Below, piece by piece: positions 61,015 through 64,000 of a stretch of 64,000 bases of DNA. The translations under genes and the position numbers were made by a program. Under the pieces are notes generated by a model. It was not told the origin of the DNA. It ran no database searches and was given only the letters and a program-made list of their open reading frames with translations. Source of the DNA: the human T2T-CHM13v2.0 reference genome, Homo sapiens; NCBI RefSeq assembly GCF_009914755.1, contig NC_060926.1; one strand, 5' to 3'. Position 1 is the first letter of the stretch. The number at the start of each line of letters is the position of its first letter.

Positions 61015-61324
61015 CAGAATTACTATTTTAAGATGACTAACGAAATGCAATCCTCTACAAATGTAAGTGGACACGAAATACCATGGCTTCTAATTATTCT
61101 TGGAAAATATACACATTGGGTTTAAAATGATCACTTGAGTAATGAAACGGTTTGTCCATTTCACTAATAACCACTATAAATTAATGAAGAAAGAATTTAT
61201 CATCTTGAAGGACTAGTGCCACAATGTCTTACTAATAAGAGATACTCAATATGCTTTATAGGAACTTAGAGAAAGATTTGCAGCATTTTCCAAAACAGAG
61301 AGGGGGAATTTAAGAGTGTTGGTG

Positions 61325-61682
<358 letters not shown>

Positions 61683-61874
61683 CTAAGAGAAAAACAAAGA
61701 CAAAAACCCACCATACATCTACAATTTCTTTGTTGAAATAGTTTTTGAGACTCCTTTAATAACTTACATCTTAACCCTTATTTTTAACTATATGAATAAA
61801 TATTTTATGTGAAATTTTGGCAAATTATGAAAAAATTTATTTTTACATTGTGTTTTCCTAAATAGACCTATTTT

Positions 61875-63011
61875 TAATGTATTCATTGTATTTTTTTATT
61901 ATACTTTAAGTTCTAGGGTACATGTGCACCACGTGCAGGTTTGATACATAGCTATACATATGCCATGTTGGTTTGCTGCAACCATCAACTCGTCATTTAC
62001 ATTAGGTATTTCTCCTAATGCTATCCCTCCCCCTGCCCCCCACTCCCTGACAGGCCCCAGTGTGTGATGTTCCCTGCCCTGTGTCCAAGTGTTCTCATTG
62101 TTCAATTCCCACCTATGAGTGAGAACATGCGGTGTTTGGTTTTCTGTCCTTGCAATAGTTTGCTGAGAATGACGGTTTCCAGCTTCATCCATGTCCCTGC
62201 AAAGGACATGAACTCATCCTTTTTTATGGCTGCATAGTATTCCATAGTGTATATGTGCCACATTTTCTTAATCCAGCCTATCATTGATGGGCATTTGGAT
62301 TGGTTCCAAGTCTTTGCTATTGTGAATAGTGCCGCAATAAACATACACGTGCATGTGTCTTTATGACAGCATGATTTATAATCCTTTGGCTATATACTCA
62401 GTAATGGGATTGCTGGGTCAAATGGTATTTCTAGTTCTAGATCCTTGAGGAATGCCACACTGTCTTCCACATGGTTGAACTAGTTTACACTCCCACCAGC
62501 AGTGTAAAAGCGTTCCTATTTCTCCACATCCTCTCCAGCATCTGTTCTTTCCTGACTTTTTAATGATTGCCATTCTAACTGGAGTGGGATGGTATCTCAT
62601 TGTGGTTTTGATTTGCATTTCTCTGATGACCAGTGATGATGAGCATTTTTTAATGTGTCTGTTGGCTGCATAAATGTCTTCTTTGGAGAAGTGTCTGTTC
62701 ATATCCTTTAGCCACTTTTTGATGGGGTTTTTTTTTCTTGCAAATCTGTTGATGTTCTTTGTAGATTCTGGATATTAGCCCTTTGTCAGATGGGTAGATT
62801 GCAAAAATTTTCTCCCATTCTGTAGGTTGCCTGTTCACTCTGATGGTAGTTTCTTTTGCCGTGCAGAAGCTCTTTAGTTTAATTAGACCCCATTTGTCTA
62901 TTTTGGCTTTTGTTGCCATGCTTTTGGTGTTTTAGACATGAAGTCCTTGTTCATGCCTATGTCCTGAATGGTATTGCCTAGGTTTTCTTCTAGGGTTTTT
63001 ATGGTTTTAGG
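61875..63011 (-). mobile_element. L1PA 5'-truncated fragment
   Basis: ORF2 peptides ([24 protein letters not shown]); TSD aatagacctatttt at 61861-61874 and 63012-63025. Confidence 0.95.
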
Positions 63012-63345
63012 AATAGACCTATTTTCATATAAACTTTCATTAAAAATTTGCCATCTTCTAATAATTTGTGTGCAAAGGATTTTTCCATAACATTTACAAG
63101 TTCCCAGGATACCACAATGGAGGGTAACTGGAGACTTCTGAATATATACACGGTAGCAAGAAATCCTTGTTTTACCCTCCAATAACACCTACACAATCAG
63201 ACACTAATATTTAAGATCTATACTGTGGAGGAAACACATTCTCATTACTCAACTTTCACATTTTCACAGCAAATATGCCTCATATTTTCATGTTTTGTAT
63301 ATTATTTAGGATAACCAGATGGTTTTCTGAATCTCTACTGTATGA

Positions 63346-63480
63346 TTTTTTTTTTTAATTTTAGAAACAGGGTCTTGATATATTGCCCAGGCTGGACTTG
63401 AACTCCTGGACTGAAGTGACCCTCCAGTCTCAGCCTCCTGAGAATCTAGGATTTACAGGCATGAATCACCATGCCCAGCT
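63346..63480 (-). mobile_element. Alu monomer (FLAM-like)
   Basis: Diverged single arm. Confidence 0.75.
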
Positions 63481-63633
63481 CTACCTTAAGAATTTGACCT
63501 TATCAGTGATTTTAATTAAAGGAAGAAAGAAGATTCCTGGGGTACCTTTTCAGTTTTAACACATATTACTCTTCCTTCTAAGCTAATCCAATGATCTCTC
63601 TTTTTAATCTTGGCCAAGACACCCCTTGGCCAC

Positions 63634-64000
63634 TGTATTAGTCCATTCTCACACTGCTATCAAGAAATACCTAAGACTGGGTAATTTATAAAGAAAATGG
63701 CTTTAACTGGCTCGAAGTTCCACAGGCTGTAAAAGAAGCATGAGGCTGGCATCTGCTCAGCTTCTGGGGTGGCTTCAGGAACTTACAATCATGGCAGAAG
63801 GAAAAGGGGGCACCAGAACTTCATATGGCTGGAGCAGGAGAAAGAGAGAAGGGGGATAGGCTACACACCTTTAAATGACCAGCTCTCATAAGAACACCCT
63901 CACTATCACAATGACAACACCAAGGGGGATAGTGCTAAACCATTCATGAGAAACTGCTCTCATGATCCAATCGCCTCCCACCAGGCCCCACCTCCAACAC
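63634..64000 (-). mobile_element. MaLR LTR (MSTA/MSTB-like), cut by the window edge
   Basis: tgtattagtccattctcacactgctat...gactgggtaatttataaagaaaa...catggcagaaggaaaagggg, typical MST sequence. Confidence 0.9.

Overview
Human (or very close primate) genomic DNA covering the 3' part of ANKRD44, the ankyrin-repeat regulatory subunit B of protein phosphatase 6, on the minus strand. Eleven internal GT-AG exons between 38953 and 7255 join in frame by hand translation, and 38954-64000 is part of one large upstream intron. The 3' end offers several possible C-termini. Two terminal-exon acceptors (4600 and 3322) appear to share a ~3 kb 3'UTR, there is an intronic 'VCK*' end, and a possible +30 nt donor adds 10 residues. 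The introns hold an antisense HNRNPA3 processed pseudogene and a 5'-inverted RPL4 processed pseudogene; the RPL4 copy lies inside an ERVL LTR and is itself interrupted by an L1. They also hold about 30 Alu/FLAM/FRAM elements, L1/L2/MIR fragments, DNA transposon fossils and short tandem repeats. I found no CRISPR array or RNA gene and cannot demonstrate a new biological system. The most unusual signals are the alternative C-termini, a 27-bp intronic segment duplicated 4.6 kb away with flanking repeats, and a CpG-rich island with a plus-strand donor that could splice into the HNRNPA3 retrocopy. Repeat boundaries and subfamilies are approximate, recognised by eye. Exon numbers and isoform comparisons are from memory, not a database search.
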